This document shows, piece after piece, positions 1 through 12,908 of a stretch of DNA of 64,000 bases (positions are counted from its first letter, which is position 1; the number at the start of each line of letters is the position of its first letter). Below the pieces are notes generated by a model that ran no database searches, had not been told where the DNA came from, and worked only from the letters and a program-made list of their open reading frames with translations. Origin of the DNA: Octopus vulgaris (Eukaryota); the NCBI GenBank assembly GCA_951406725.2, contig OX597824.1, positions 72,230,001 to 72,294,000 of the forward strand. Direction: 5' to 3'. A program made the translations under genes and the position numbers.

Positions 1-2119
1 ATTTCAAGAAAAAGTTTTATAAAAGGGGGTACTTACAAATCCATGCAAATCATTTCAAGCTAGATGGGATAATAAACTACTGTGCAAAATTAGCTTCACT
101 TCATTTAGAATAAGGTTTGTTTTTGTTTTTTCCTTTCTGTTTTACAAAACATGTGAAGGGCTGTTCATAAAATGCCATGCTTAGAATGCAGCAACTGAGC
201 TAAAAAGACAAAAAAAAGGATGGAGGGAGCCACTGATCTACACTAACTAAGAATGAGATTTGGCCAAGTATTGAAGCTTGTGGGACTGATGCATTGATAA
301 TGATAGACCAGAGGGTTGACACAAAAGAGTGACTTTAGTCAGTGTCCCATTAAGGTACTTTGGGAACCACCTTTGCTATAACTTTTGATCGCACTAGTTG
401 TCCTAGCAAGCAAAAAGAATCATGATCCACACCTACTTCATGGTTGAGTGGTTTATGATTGGAAGTGTATTCAACTATGAAAAATCAATTGTGCCAACAG
501 AAAAACTATCCCACCCATGAAAGGATGTGAAAATCAATGTAAACACAACAAAAAGTGTGTGTGCATATATTTTACACACACACACACATGCACATGCAAC
601 TGCTGTAGTCATGAGCAGAACTGCAGACTAGACCAGCTTCTCCTTTATACAACTTAGTCCTCTTATCACCTGGAACCATTTCACATTTGTTATTCATTTT
701 TCATTCTTAATACTGTCCTCTCCACCCACATTTTACATTGATTGCTTGCCTGAGCCACCAAATTATCTCTTCTCCACCACCGTAAGTCTCCCTTTCCCCT
801 CCATTTGTTGTCTGCCTTACATGCTTGCAACCTACCTAACCACATATCATCATTCTCTCTGTCTCTCTCTTATTCCTCTGAATACCATATTATTACTATT
901 CTGCTCTTCACTGCCACCCACTCCATTTTCTGCACTGTCAATCATCTCTCCCGTACATCCCCCAGCTCATTGGTCACACTTCAGCCTCCTCCCCACCTGG
1001 AGCCAGCCCTATTTCTACAGTTGTCTCTCTTCTTTATACCCCTACTTATCATTCCTTGACAGTTGTGTTCCATGATCTTCACCCTCTCACCCATTCCCTA
1101 CCTCTAACCATCCCTCATTCTCCCATACATTCTTGCCACCTCTACTGATTCACACTTCCTGTTTTTCTGTCCCCTCCCATTTCTACTCACCTCATATCTC
1201 AAGGATTTACTCTAATACCTCATCTCTTTCCAGCATCACCCCACCCTCTTTCACCCTCTCTTCTGAAATGTGAATTTCTATGAAACTCCCCTACAGCAAG
1301 AAACTTGATTTGTTCTGTCCCTTTCTTCCTCATTTTAACCCTTCATCCCATAGCATAAAGCTGCCTCCCACCTAACTGAATCATCACTCAATTGAGAGGT
1401 CTTGTCATGTGAGTTACTTGGTGACCTTCTTTGTGCTGGTGCCACAAAAAAAGTACCCAGTACACATTGTAAAGTAGTTTATGTTAGGAAGGACATCTAG
1501 CTGTTGAAACCATGCCAAAACAGACATAGGAGTTCAGTGCAGTCCACTGGTTTGTCAGTTCTTGTCAAACCATTCAATTTATCCCAGCATGGAAAATGGA
1601 CACAAAAAAATGATAATGATCTCACCCACATGGCAGGGATCTTTCAGTTTCTATCTACCAAATCCACCCACAAGACTTTGGTTGGCTGGAGGTTATTGTA
1701 TAAGACACTTACCCTAGGTAGCATGCAGTGGGACTGAACCCAAAATGAAGAACATTTTCCTATACTACATTATTCTACATGAGCCAACAAGGAAGCTGCT
1801 TTGTGGTTGTTTGACCTGCTAGAAATAAATCATATATTCAAATTACACCAAACAAAATGCTTTTTAGTAATTAGTTATGGCTCTTACATTCAAATCCTAC
1901 TTAAGGTCTACTTTCTCTTTTATCTTTCTTATGGTCAATTAAATTTGAGCCTTGTGCCTATGTTAGAAATCAATATTTAATCCACCTCTATGATTCAGTA
2001 ATCCACCTGTATAATTTATTAATCAAACTAGGAGTCATTAACCCACCTCTGATTTGTTAATCTACTATTACAAATCATTAATGTACCATTACGAATCATT
2101 AATCTACCATTATGAATCA

Positions 2120-2816
2120 TAATAATAAAATAATAATGAAATTATTGTATACAGTGCTCAGGTGCACCATAACTTGTCAAAAGTGCATATAAAGCATATG
2201 CAGTAATGTACAAATGTCTGGAAAGTTAACAATGTATGAGTTAGATACATGCTTGCGTGTGTATGGAGGGGAGAAAATCAGATGTTGTGTTGGCGAATCT
2301 CAGGAAGCATGGAAGTTTTGAAGGATGCAGTGCTCTGACAACTAACAACTGATGCCGGCAGTTTGTTCCATACTTCAGCAACTCTTAGCGTGAAAAAATG
2401 TTTCCGAAAGTCATGGAAGCTGTGCTGTTTTCTGACTTTGTAAACATGTCCACGGGTGTTAGACAGTTGGAGTTTGAAAAGGTGCTCAGAGTTATTGTTT
2501 GTAAGATGGTTAATAATTTTATGGGTGTCTGCCAAGTCAGCTGCCAGATATCGGAGTTTCAATGTATCCATGCCCAGGGAAGTAAGGCATTCAGAATATG
2601 ACAAATGCCTGATGGAGAGTATTCTCTTGGTTGCACGTCGCTGAAAGGCTTCCAGACAATATCCTGGGCAAGATAGGGGTTCCAGACCGGTGATGCAAAT
2701 TCTAGGTGAGGTTGCACCATAGCTATATAAAGCTGCAGATAGATAGCCAGAGAGCAGCTCACAAAGGACTTGGTGAGTGATGCCAAGATACCCTCAGCCT
2801 TCTTGGCAATTTTAGC
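2120..2816 (-). mobile_element. 5'-truncated CR1/L2-clade LINE 3' end
   Basis: Frameshifted ORF2 C-terminus (VQPHLEFASPVWNPY; NTRGH...RKHFFTLRVAEVWNKLP) and a (TTA)n tail at the 2120 side. Confidence 0.88.
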
Positions 2817-3160
2817 AATCTACCATGATGAATCATTAATCTACCATGATGAATCATTAATCTACCATGATCAATTGTTAATCTACCATGATGAATCGTT
2901 AATCTACCATGATGAATTGTTAATCTACCATGATGAATCATTAATCTACCATGATGAATCATTAATCTACCATTATGGTTCACTAATACACTTCTATGAT
3001 TTATTTATCCCACTTCTATGATTTATTTATCCCACTTCTATGATTTATTTATCCCACTTCTATGATCTATTTATCCCACTTCTATGATTTATTTATCCCA
3101 CTTCTATGATTTATTTATCCCACTTCTTTGATTTATTCATCCCACTTCTTTAATCCATGT
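2817..3160. repeat. Two adjacent minisatellites (21-bp AATCTACCATGATGAATCATT, then 22-bp CCCACTTCTATGATTTATTTAT)
   Basis: About 7 copies of each unit are visible. Degenerate related units lie at about 1975-2120. Confidence 0.95.
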
Positions 3161-3252
3161 ATATGTTCTATGAACCTATTTCTATGATACATTAAACAAC
3201 ATCTTATTTTTCTTTTTCATTTTCTTTTTGTTTCTTTTATTTTTCCTCAAAG

Positions 3253-3685
3253 GTTGCTGTAACGATATTCTTTTTGGGCAAAAGTGCGATTGCATTAAAT
3301 TTCAAGGGACCCCAGATTGACCCAAACGCATTTGCTGGTTTATTTGAACATCAGCACGTTGACCTGATCCCGGAGAAGACCTCAGCATATTCTAGCTCGT
3401 GGGAAAGCAAGCGATTGCAATCCAACAAATATTTCTCAAAGTCTGATCAGTTCAGTGGAAGTAGTGGCATTGGGAGCCGGTACACAGACGACGACCAACA
3501 CATTGGTGACAGCTCTTATGAATCGATTGGTTCCAAGGGTTCTGATGACAACCAGAGCATATGCAGTGATGGAATGCCTTCCACAACATCTGGAATATAC
3601 CACTTTGGAGACAGCTTGAGTTCACTACAGCAGTCAAAGAACTTTGACAGCGACATCTATCATAGCACACCAAACCTGTATGACG
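3253..3685 (+). CDS. LMO7: LMO7/LIMCH1-like, first exon in window (end of CH domain plus Ser-rich linker)
   Basis: Pyrimidine tract and AG at 3251-3252. Reads VAVTIFFLGKSAIALNFKGPQIDPNAFAGLF, resembling the end of the LMO7 CH domain. Donor G|gtaag, phase 1. Confidence 0.9.
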
Positions 3686-3906
3686 GTAAGGCTCTATTTT
3701 CCCTACCCCTTTTTCTGCCTTCACATGGCTATGGTGGTTCTGAAACTATATTTTTTAATGTATGTGTGAGAGAAGAAACTACTTCATAATGCCATTCTGA
3801 TGGAGGAGGGATGGTTTGGGGAGAAAATAGAATAAGAATCCATCAAGGAAGGCTTTATGCGATTACTAGACCAGCTAGAAATAGCAGCCAAATCTCCCCC
3901 TATAAA

Positions 3907-4249
3907 AGTGGTTCTCAACCAAGGTCCATATGGCTTCTGAGAGTTCATATAAGATTTTTGGGGTTCTATGCAACAAAATAGTAAATTAGGGATCCACAAT
4001 AGTATTTTAAGGGGTCTTGAGAAAATTTTGCTTTAGATGTATGTATTGGTAGAGTATTGCAAGAAACAGCGAGATTTCTTTCTCTAGCATTTTACACAGT
4101 TCAGCCTACTTAATATGTAAAAAACAAAATAGGAATTTTTAAAGGAATAGCTATAAAACTAGTTATTAGACATCAAATATCGATGGGGGTCTACCAGAAT
4201 AAAATAGTAATCAAAGGGATTCATAGATAAAAAATGATTGAGAACTCCT
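3907..4249. mobile_element. Degenerate hAT-type MITE
   Basis: Terminal inverted repeat remnants agtggttctcaacc and gattgagaactcct. Confidence 0.5.
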
Positions 4250-5639
4250 ATCTTACCATTTTGAAAAACAAATGTTGACTCAGACATTCCTAGAAACACT
4301 ATGTCTGTAAAAAGTAAAAGAATGTTGGATGGTCTTGGAATATTTTAACTTTTTTTACCTACTTGGGTAAGCAAATATGGGTGACTTTGAAATGTTTTCA
4401 GTTTCAACGAGAATAGGTTTTACGAGGGAGGAACAAAGGAAAAAAACAGTATGTGTTGCACACACTCACACACACAAAAATAAAAAAGGTGAAAGAGAAG
4501 TGAAAAGAAAGAAAAATTCATATGATGTAGAAACCAAATGGTTTTCAGTAATTCTGTCAGAAAATAGGCTTTTTTTTGTATTGTTAAATGGTTTTGTTTT
4601 TTATTATTAAAATGAAGTATTTATAAACTGTAATATTCAATGCAAAACCTAAAATACACAAAGAAAAATAAAAGAAAAAGTTATATTTAGAAAGTATTGT
4701 CATAGAATAATGACAGTTTATTCAACTATTAACTTAGTACCATTGACATATTTGTTGTTGAAATGGATATATTTTACTGAGCCACCAATTAAAAGTACAA
4801 TCCATTACATAAACAGAGGCTTGGTTGTGTGGTTAAGAAGTTTGTTTCACAACCATGTGGTTTTGGGTTCAATCATACTGGGCAATGCCTTGCGCAAGTG
4901 TCTTCCATTTTAGCCCAAGGATGACCAATTCCTTGTGAGTGAGTTTGGGAGAGGGAAACTGTGCAGAAGCCCATTTTGTATGTGTGTCTTTGTGATTGTC
5001 ACTTGATGACTGTTTTGGTTTGCTTACATACCTTATCTTAGCAGTTTGGTTAAAAGAGACTGATAAAATAAGAATCTGACTTAAATCTTTTGATGCCAAC
5101 CTGCTTGAGACTTCTCTTTGTTTTCTGATACAAACTTCCTGGCTTAAAGCCATCTGAATTTAAACCTTCATCAAAATTTCAAGTCCAAACACCAGCTTAA
5201 TAATGACAGTTATTTTATTAAATTTTTAATTATCTTAAAAATTCATCAAAACAAAGGCAGGATATTTCAACAGAAATATGAAAATGAAAGGGTTAAAAAA
5301 AAAGTACTGGGGTCAATTTGATTGGCAAGTGTGGTGATGACTAAGTATTGCTGATGAGGTTAAAATAGGAATGAAACATTCCAAGAATTGCTTCCCTTGC
5401 TTACATGATGAACAAAAATATTAGCCATTGACTAATTTCCCCAGTTAGCTTTTTAGTGATCTGTGCATTAAGTATGTTATCACCAAGTTAACTTTTGTGA
5501 AGTTACCTATGCAAACATTCTGTTACTCTCATTGAATATTTAATGAGATGCCTGAGATGAATTATTGTAAATATGAATTTTTCAGACTATTAACCTCATC
5601 TCTAGAGATGAAGAAATATTTTACTGTATTTACATCTAC

Positions 5640-5886
5640 GTGGAGCGCATGGGTTAGTGGTTAGGGTGTCAACATCATGATCGTAAGATTGTGGTTTTGA
5701 TTCCTGAACCGGGCAATGCGTTGTGTTCTTGAGCAAAACACTTCGTTTCACATTGCTCCAATCCACTCAGCTGACAAAAATGAGTAATGCTGCGATGGAC
5801 TGGTGTCCCGTCCAGCTGGGGAACACATATGCCATTGAAACCAGGAAACCGGGCCCATGAGCCTGGCTGGGCTTTAAAAGGGTGCA
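5640..5886 (+). mobile_element. tRNA-derived SINE, family C (related copies near 13471, 33090, 37100, 52450, 54060, 54295)
   Basis: Head with A-box-like gggttagtggttag and B-box-like ggttttgattcc; the body recurs elsewhere in the window. Confidence 0.75.
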
Positions 5887-6315
5887 TTTATTTATTTTTT
5901 TTATTATTTACATCTACATTGGTTGCTAGCATGGTTATATGGTTGAGGATGTCGCTTCTCAACCGCTTGGTTTTAAGTTCAGTTCCACTGCATGGAATCC
6001 GGAGTGAGTATCTTCTATTATAGCTCCAAGCTCACCAATGCCTTATGAGTGGATTTACTTCACAAACACCGAAGAAGCCTGTCATGTGTGTGTCTGTGAG
6101 AGTGTATGTCAGTGTTTTCCTAGTGTTCGCTTGTTGGTAAACAATGGCTTTTCCCAATGCTGTCATTGCTTTACAGCCCACCATGTGAGGATATCTGGTC
6201 CTCTTGATATGTTGTGCAATCTTACTACTTCACCACATAAAATATGTCCACATTGTTAGCTGTCTAGGAGATTATTACTTCACTTTGAAGGTGGTGAGCT
6301 GTGATTATTCACTGG

Positions 6316-6548
6316 AAGGTGGTGAGCTGGCAGAAACGTTAGTGTGCCGGGCGAAATGCTTATTCGTATTACGTCTGCCGTTATGTTCTGAGTTCAAATT
6401 CCGCCGAGGTCAACTTGGCCTTTCATCCTTTCGAGGTCGATAAATAAAGTACCAGTTACGCGCTGGGGTCGATGTAATCGACTTAATCCCTTTGTCTGTC
6501 CTTGTTTGTCCCCTCTATGTTTAGCCCCTTGTGGGCAATAAAGAAATA
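6316..6548 (+). mobile_element. tRNA-derived SINE, family A
   Basis: About 235-bp consensus aaggcggcgagctggcagaaacgttag...gagttcaaattcc...aaagaaata, with many copies in the window. Confidence 0.9.
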
Positions 6549-6866
6549 TATTACTTCACTTGGAAACAAGTGGGTAGTGGGGGTTGGCTTCAGGAAGGAG
6601 ATCCAGCTGTAGAAAATCTACCTCAACATACTCTTGTCTGACCTGTGCAAGCATGGAATAGTAGATGCTATGATGTTTATGACTATATTTCTGTGGGTTT
6701 GATTTCTGATGTTCATCAGGTGTCTTATTTCTGTATGTGTACATAGAACCAGACTGAAATTTAGATATGAGCCTTTTTAGACTAAAGGTAATAATGTTTA
6801 CATCCATTAGGCCACTGAAGCACATACAATCAATGCTTCATTTTTAGGTTAATAATGACAGCCATT

Positions 6867-7094
6867 TTAACCCTTTTGTTACCAACCCGGCTGAAATTGG
6901 CTCTGGCTCTGAGTACAAATGTCTTGTTTTCATAAGTTTTGAATTAAAATCTTCCACCAAACCTAAATCATAATTTATGTTCCTAACACTAGCTGAATGA
7001 AAACTAAGTTATTTTACTAAATTCTTTGTTATATTTAAAGTAATTAAAAGAAACACAGAGCATCTCAACAGAAATACAGTAACAAAAGGGTTAA
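6867..7094. mobile_element. piggyBac-like MITE
   Basis: TTAA-CCCTTTTGTTAC ... GTAACAAAAGGG-TTAA. Related copies at about 5080-5295 and a right-end fragment at 7267-7336. Confidence 0.8.
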
Positions 7095-7557
7095 AATATC
7101 TTAATTATTTTTTGGGTGCCTTGTCATCTATTTAGCAAACCAGGTTAATCAGGAAGGTGTCATACCCAACGACTGGTATAGCAACATCCTAGTTACAAGA
7201 TGTTACGAGACCAAAGATGCCTTTTTGTAGAAGTAATTACAGATGTATCAAATTGTTGTGCCAGGTCTTTGTTATATTTTAAGTAATTGAAAGAAACACA
7301 GAGCATCTCAAAATAAATACAGTAATGAAAGGGTTAAGCAATGATAGCATTAGGGTCACTGACTAGATACTTTGTTCAAAAGTAACTCCACATTTCACAG
7401 ATTCCTCACCAAAGTGAAACCTATGCAGAAATGATTAGATTATAAGTATTGCATCTATAACATCCCATGCATTTGCAGAAAGATTGCATTTTCATCCTTC
7501 CAGGCTCCAGAAAATAAAGTATCAGTCAAGTACTGATATCAGTGGTGTCAACTCATC

Positions 7558-7790
7558 AAGGTGGCGAGCTGGCAGAATCGTTAGCATGCCGGGCGAAATG
7601 CTTTGCAGTATTTCGTCTGTTGCTACGTTCTGAGTTCAAATTCCGCCGAGGTCGACTTTGCCTTTCATCCTTTCGGGGTCGATTAAATAAGTACCAGTTA
7701 CGCACTGGGGTCGATGTAATCGACTTAATCCGTTTGTCTGTCCTTGTTTGTCCCTTCTGTGTTTAGCCCCTTGTGGGTAGTAAAGAAATA
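7558..7790 (+). mobile_element. SINE family A
   Basis: Full-length copy with an imperfect target-site duplication (gtgtcaactcatca / gtatcaacttatca). Confidence 0.9.
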
Positions 7791-8300
7791 GGTATCAACT
7801 TATCACATTGTCTCAAAATTGCTGCCCTTTTGCTTAAATTAAAAGCCATTATTATCCACTTTAAAGAAAGCTAATCTAAAGTACAGTGTTATAATGAAAT
7901 ATTTTTTTAAATATGTACCTTTATGTACTTCTTAACATACTTTTTTGTGGATTTTTTTTTATTATGACTGATTGCTCTTTCTCTTACCAGTTAAATAGAG
8001 ACAAGACTGACAAAGTGTGTTTCTATGGTGACAGCACTGCACAAGATATCATTGCATACTGTATTAACATCAGAAGCAAATCTCAACTTGTTTCACACAT
8101 ATCTCCATCTCTGCATCAACTCCACACCTCATCCTGCTCTTTTGCATTTTCCTTGTTTGCTTTTGTTGCTTTTGTATCAAATTTTCCCCCTTCCTCTTCA
8201 TATTTTTCTTCCTCCTCCTTTTTGTATCTTCACTCTTCTTGCATTCCGCATGTCTGTTTCTGCTAGTATTTACCACCGAATTATTGTCTATCCCCCACAG

Positions 8301-8572
8301 ATATCAGAAAGTCCCCAGCTTCAGCTGACAGTGCTGACGCCATGTCCTCCAGCAGTCATTCATGCCAGTCCTCTGGAAGTGTGGAAGGTTCCACCCAGCG
8401 GAAACCACCAATGCAGCGGGGAGTATCTGTTAGCTCCAATGACCCACTGCAGTTCATCAAACCAAAATCAAACCCACTGGTAGAGACAGCCCAGAAACAA
8501 ATATCACTAAGTGAGAAGAACAAGGTTACTCGTAACAGTGTTTCTTTGGAAAATGAAGAAGACTGGTACCAA
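8301..8572 (+). CDS. LMO7: LMO7-like exon 2
   Basis: cccccacag|AT acceptor completes the phase-1 codon. Reads IRKSPASADS...NDPLQFIKPKSNPLVETAQKQI...EEDWYQ. Donor CAA|gtaagt, phase 0. Confidence 0.9.
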
Positions 8573-9651
8573 GTAAGTTGGGAATGAGCTCACCGATTCC
8601 TTTCAAGAATCCTGCATCCACCTACCCACATATTTTTGTTCCCTTATTCTTTTTGTTTTTGTTCTTTTATCTCTTTCAGTCATTTGACTGTGGCTATACT
8701 TGAGCACTGCATGTGTGTGTGTGTGTGCATGTGCACGTGTGTGTGTGTGTGTGTATAATACAGATAAAGGGTGAACTATAATTAATTTAATAAAATCAAT
8801 AAATTCCACCTAGTAGTATTTCGGTATGGAAAAAGACCATATTCGGTAAAAATTATATAATTATAATAAGGGTTTTTTGCAACAAGTTGCTTAAACCACA
8901 TACCGAAAATATTAGAAATAGCAGTCAAAGGGCTACTATTTCTTTTACTACAAAAATAAGTCTCCACAAACAACAGTATTTGTAACTCACATATGGTAAA
9001 AGATGAAGAAAAACAACGAAACCGCACATTCTCCGGATTAATTATGGACGTACGTTTCTGGATTAGAATCGTAAAGTTCATTTATTATAAATATATATAT
9101 ATTATACTATAGAAGATGGTAGGGAATATAATTTTTGTATGACTTACTGGATCGGTCGCTGTTTAGTTACGTATTTTAGAGTTGGTTGTAATTTGCTTAT
9201 TGAATTTATTTACTGATACGATTGTACACAGGGTAAATGTGTTTGAAAGTTGTGGCTTCTTTGGTATGTCTGTTCCCTAACAACACTTATTTTAGTGCTG
9301 TTGACTAAAATTGATTGTATGATATTGCCCAGGTGTCGAAACCATAATGATATCTGTGGGGCAGCTGATGATGGAGGTAGGTTGGATTGTTGGTATGGCT
9401 GTTTTTGTATATGTGGAATAGTATTATAACACATCCTTTTGCTAAATATCAACCCTATCATATGACTGGTACATAGTTTTATTGAATCTGGAAAGATGAA
9501 AGGCAGTGTTGACTCTGCCCTCTTCAGTACGATTTGAAACGGGAACATAAAGAGACGTACTTAAATCCAGCTAGACGTTTGGCCTGTCTCACTCTCATTT
9601 TCATCACTGATGTTGCTGTCTTTAATGATTATCTTCACATATTGCTTGCAG

Positions 9652-9776
9652 AACTTTGCTTCCTGGAAGTCTCGGAGACAGAGTAGGAAGTCTATATCAG
9701 TACCTGAAGAGCCAGACGAGACATCTCAGGTAACTAAACGTTCTACGAAGACTTTCAAAGAAATGGTTGAAGAAAG
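9652..9776 (+). CDS. LMO7: LMO7-like exon 3 (DUF4757-type motif)
   Basis: ttgcag|AAC. Reads NFASWKSRRQSRKS...KRSTKTFKEMVEER, matching the LMO7 W..D.A.WK.RR and KTFKEM motifs. Donor AG|gtaaat, phase 2. Not in the ORF track. Confidence 0.92.
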
Positions 9777-11108
9777 GTAAATATTACTTCTACTTGTTAT
9801 TTATTTTTTTTTTTTTTATGGCAACGTCCATTATCTTATCTTGGGGCTCCATGACCAAAGAGAGGAAGGATGATGGTAATGTGTAAATTATCTTCAAACC
9901 AGAGAGCTGTCCTACATTCTAGCAACAGAGTGGGCCATGATAAAAACATTCAAAGGTCATCAGTCAACTGTTAATGTTAAACTAGTCTTTCACCCAAGAA
10001 CATGAACTGTTCTTGTAGGCTTCTGTATAGTTTCCATCTATTATATTTCACTCATAAGGCTTTGGTCAGCTTGGGTCTGTTACAAAAGACATTAGCTCTA
10101 ATGCATTGGAATTGAGCCTGAAATAAAATGGTTGTGAAATAAACTTTGCTGTTTTTTTGCGTTTTTTTATGTTGGTATTAATGGTATTAATCTTGCTAGG
10201 GTTAGCTTTGTCTTTTGTTCCTCTTCTGTAAATAAAATAAAGCACCAGACAAGTTTTGGGGTCTAAGGAACTGACTAACCCTTACACTTCAGTATTGTCG
10301 ACCCTGTGCCTAAATCAGAAACAATTATTGTTTTTGAGATAACATCCGGCTGTAGAAACCATACCAACACAGACTATGAAACCTGGAGCAGTTCCTGGCC
10401 TTGCCAGCTCCTGTCAGACCATTCAACCCATGCCAGCATGGAAAATTGATGTTAAACGATGATGAGATAGGTAGATTAAGTAAAATCACCATTGCCTCAG
10501 GAAGATGCCAAGCAGTATTTGTGCCGGCCCTTTACGTTCCGAGTTCAAATCCCATTAAGATCAGTCAACTTTGCCTTTCATTCTTTTGGTAGGGGCAATT
10601 AAAAAAATATAATATCTAAATCAGAAACCATCACCATCAACATCATCATCATCATTATTAATTATGTTCTGAATTCAAAGTCTGTCAAGGTCAGATTTGC
10701 CTTTCATCTTTTTTGGGTCAATAAAATAATTACCAATTGGGCACTGGGGTTGATGTAATCAACTTAGCCCTGCCCCTAAAATCTCTAATAATAATAATAA
10801 GAAGAAGAATAATGGTTTCAGATTTTGTCCCAATGCCAGCATTTTTAATGGTGTGACTAAGTCAATTACATCAACTCCAGTGTTTAACTGGTACTTATTT
10901 TATTGACTCCAAAAGGATGAAAGGTGTTATATCGTCAGTGACGATATATGTATAATATGTGTGAGTGTAACAATATATCGTCATCGTCATTTAATGTCTG
11001 CTTTCCATGCTGGCATGGGTTTGACTGAAGGCTGGTAAGCCAGATGGCTGCACCAGGCTCCAATCTGATCTGGCAAATTTTTTACAGCTGGATGCCCTTC
11101 CTAGCAAC

Positions 11109-11340
11109 TATTTCTTTACTACCCACAAGGGGCTAAACACGGAGAGGACAAATAAGGACAGACAAACGGATTAAGTTGATTGCACCGACCCCAGAGCGTA
11201 ACTGGTACTTAATTTATCGACCCTGAAAGAATGAAAGGCAAAGTCGACCCCAGCGGAATTTGAACTCAGAACATAACGGCAGACGAAATACGGCTACACA
11301 TTTCGTCCGACGTGCTAACGATTCTGCCAGCTCTCTGCCT
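11109..11340 (-). mobile_element. SINE family A, inserted into a (TGA)n-tailed element
   Basis: Reverse complement of the family A consensus. The host element is split into about 10980-11108 and 11350-11490. Confidence 0.85.
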
Positions 11341-11659
11341 ATTACCAACTACTAATACCAACTACTCCGAGAGTGTAGTGGGTGCTTTTTACATGCGACT
11401 GGCACAAGGGCCAGTCAGGTGGTACTGGCATCGACCACACTTGAATGGTGCTTTTTACGTTCCACCAGCATGGGAGCCAGTCAGGCCAAATATAACCATA
11501 TAACAATAAGCAATGTAACAAGAGTTGGTTATCTTGTAATTATTCGTGGAATCAGTCACGAGACTAATGCTCTCACAGTTTGACTTCAACTGTGTACTGG
11601 CTTATCTGTTCATAGACCCGTCCAGTCCATTCACAGTCACGTGTTGGGGCGTCAGTTCA

Positions 11660-12308
11660 CTCCACAACAGAAGGCAAAGCCAACCTTGGTGGAATTTGAA
11701 CTCAGAACAAAAATTCATGAAATGATACTAAACATTTTGTATGACATGCTAATGATTCTGCCAGCTTTAGCTTTACAGCAACAACAACAACATCAACAAT
11801 AATAATAATAATCCTTTCTACTATAAGCACACGGCCAACAATAATAATAATAATAATGATCTCAAATTTTGGCACAAAGCCAGTAAGTTCAGGAAGTGAG
11901 ATAAGTCAATTGCCTCAGTGCTCAGCTGGTAATTACTTCTATTGACTCTGAAAGAATATAAGGCAAAGTTGACCTCAGTGGAATTTGAACTCAGAACGTG
12001 AAGACAGACTAAATGACGCTAAGCATTTTGCCCAGTGTGCTAACAATTCTGCCAGCTCATCACCTTAACAACAACAATAGTAATAATCCTTTCTACTATA
12101 AGCTCAAGGCCTGAAATTTGGCGGAGGGGGAATGGTTGATTACATCAACCCCCAGTACTTATTTTATCTGGTATTTATTTTATTGACCCTGAAAGGATGA
12201 AAGGCAAAGTCGACCTTGGCAGAATTTGAACTCAGAACATGAGGACAGACGAAATACAACTAAGCATTTTGCCTGGCATGCTAACACTTCTGCCAGCTCA
12301 GTGCCTTA

Positions 12309-12359
<51 letters not shown>

Positions 12360-12490
12360 GCTTCAAATTTTGGCACAAGGCCAGCAACTTTAAGTCAACT
12401 GTGTCATCCCCAGTATGTCACTGGTACTTATTTTATCGATCCTGAGAGGATGAAAGACAAAGTCAACCATGGCTGAATTTTAACTCAGGA
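11660..12490 (-). repeat. Cluster of degenerate family-A-related SINEs with (AAT)n tracts
   Basis: Four recurrences of gaatttgaactcag, three of them followed by ctgccagct. Confidence 0.75.
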
Positions 12491-12595
12491 GGGGCTTGGT
12501 TTGGTGGATTGTGGTTTGCCCTGGAAACCACAACACAATAATATTTATTTTGTAACAAAATGACAATTTGTGAAATTGTTTCAATTTTTCTTGGC

Positions 12596-12908
12596 GTTCG
12601 TGCCAGTGGCACGTAAAAAGCACCATTTGAGCATGATCGTACCAGCATCGCCTTACTGGTACTTGTGCCGGTGTGCAGGTAACACGTGAAAAAAAAACAT
12701 TTTTCTGTGACCGTTGCCAGTACCGCCTGACTGGCATGTAAAAGCACCCACTATACTCTTGGAGTGGTTGGCGTTAGGAAGGGCATCCAGCTGTAGAAAC
12801 TCTGCCAGATCAAGACTGGAGCCTGGTGCAGCCATCTGGTTCGCCAGTCCTCAGTCAAATCATCCAACCCATGCTAGCATGGAAAGCGGACGTTAAATGA
12901 TGATGATT
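12596..12908 (+). mobile_element. Non-autonomous retroposon with (TGA)n tail, family D
   Basis: 3' end ccatgctagcatggaaagcggacgttaaatgatgatga. Copies at 26390-26735 (+), 27458-27760 (-), 47970-48293 (-) and 61245-61470 (-). Confidence 0.8.

Noticed and set aside
746-1400. ORFs in a pyrimidine-rich tract
   Set aside because: Low-complexity composition, with no domain features or splice support.
2817-3160. Regularly spaced repeats resembling a CRISPR array
   Set aside because: Head-to-tail units with no unique spacers, in a eukaryotic intron, with no cas genes.
6316-6548. tRNA-like A/B boxes here and in other SINE heads
   Set aside because: No complete cloverleaf; each continues into a SINE body, so none is called a tRNA gene.
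7991-8266. Possible extra exon after the ttaccag acceptor
   Set aside because: The required phase-1 frame hits TAG after two codons, and exons 1 and 2 already join in phase.
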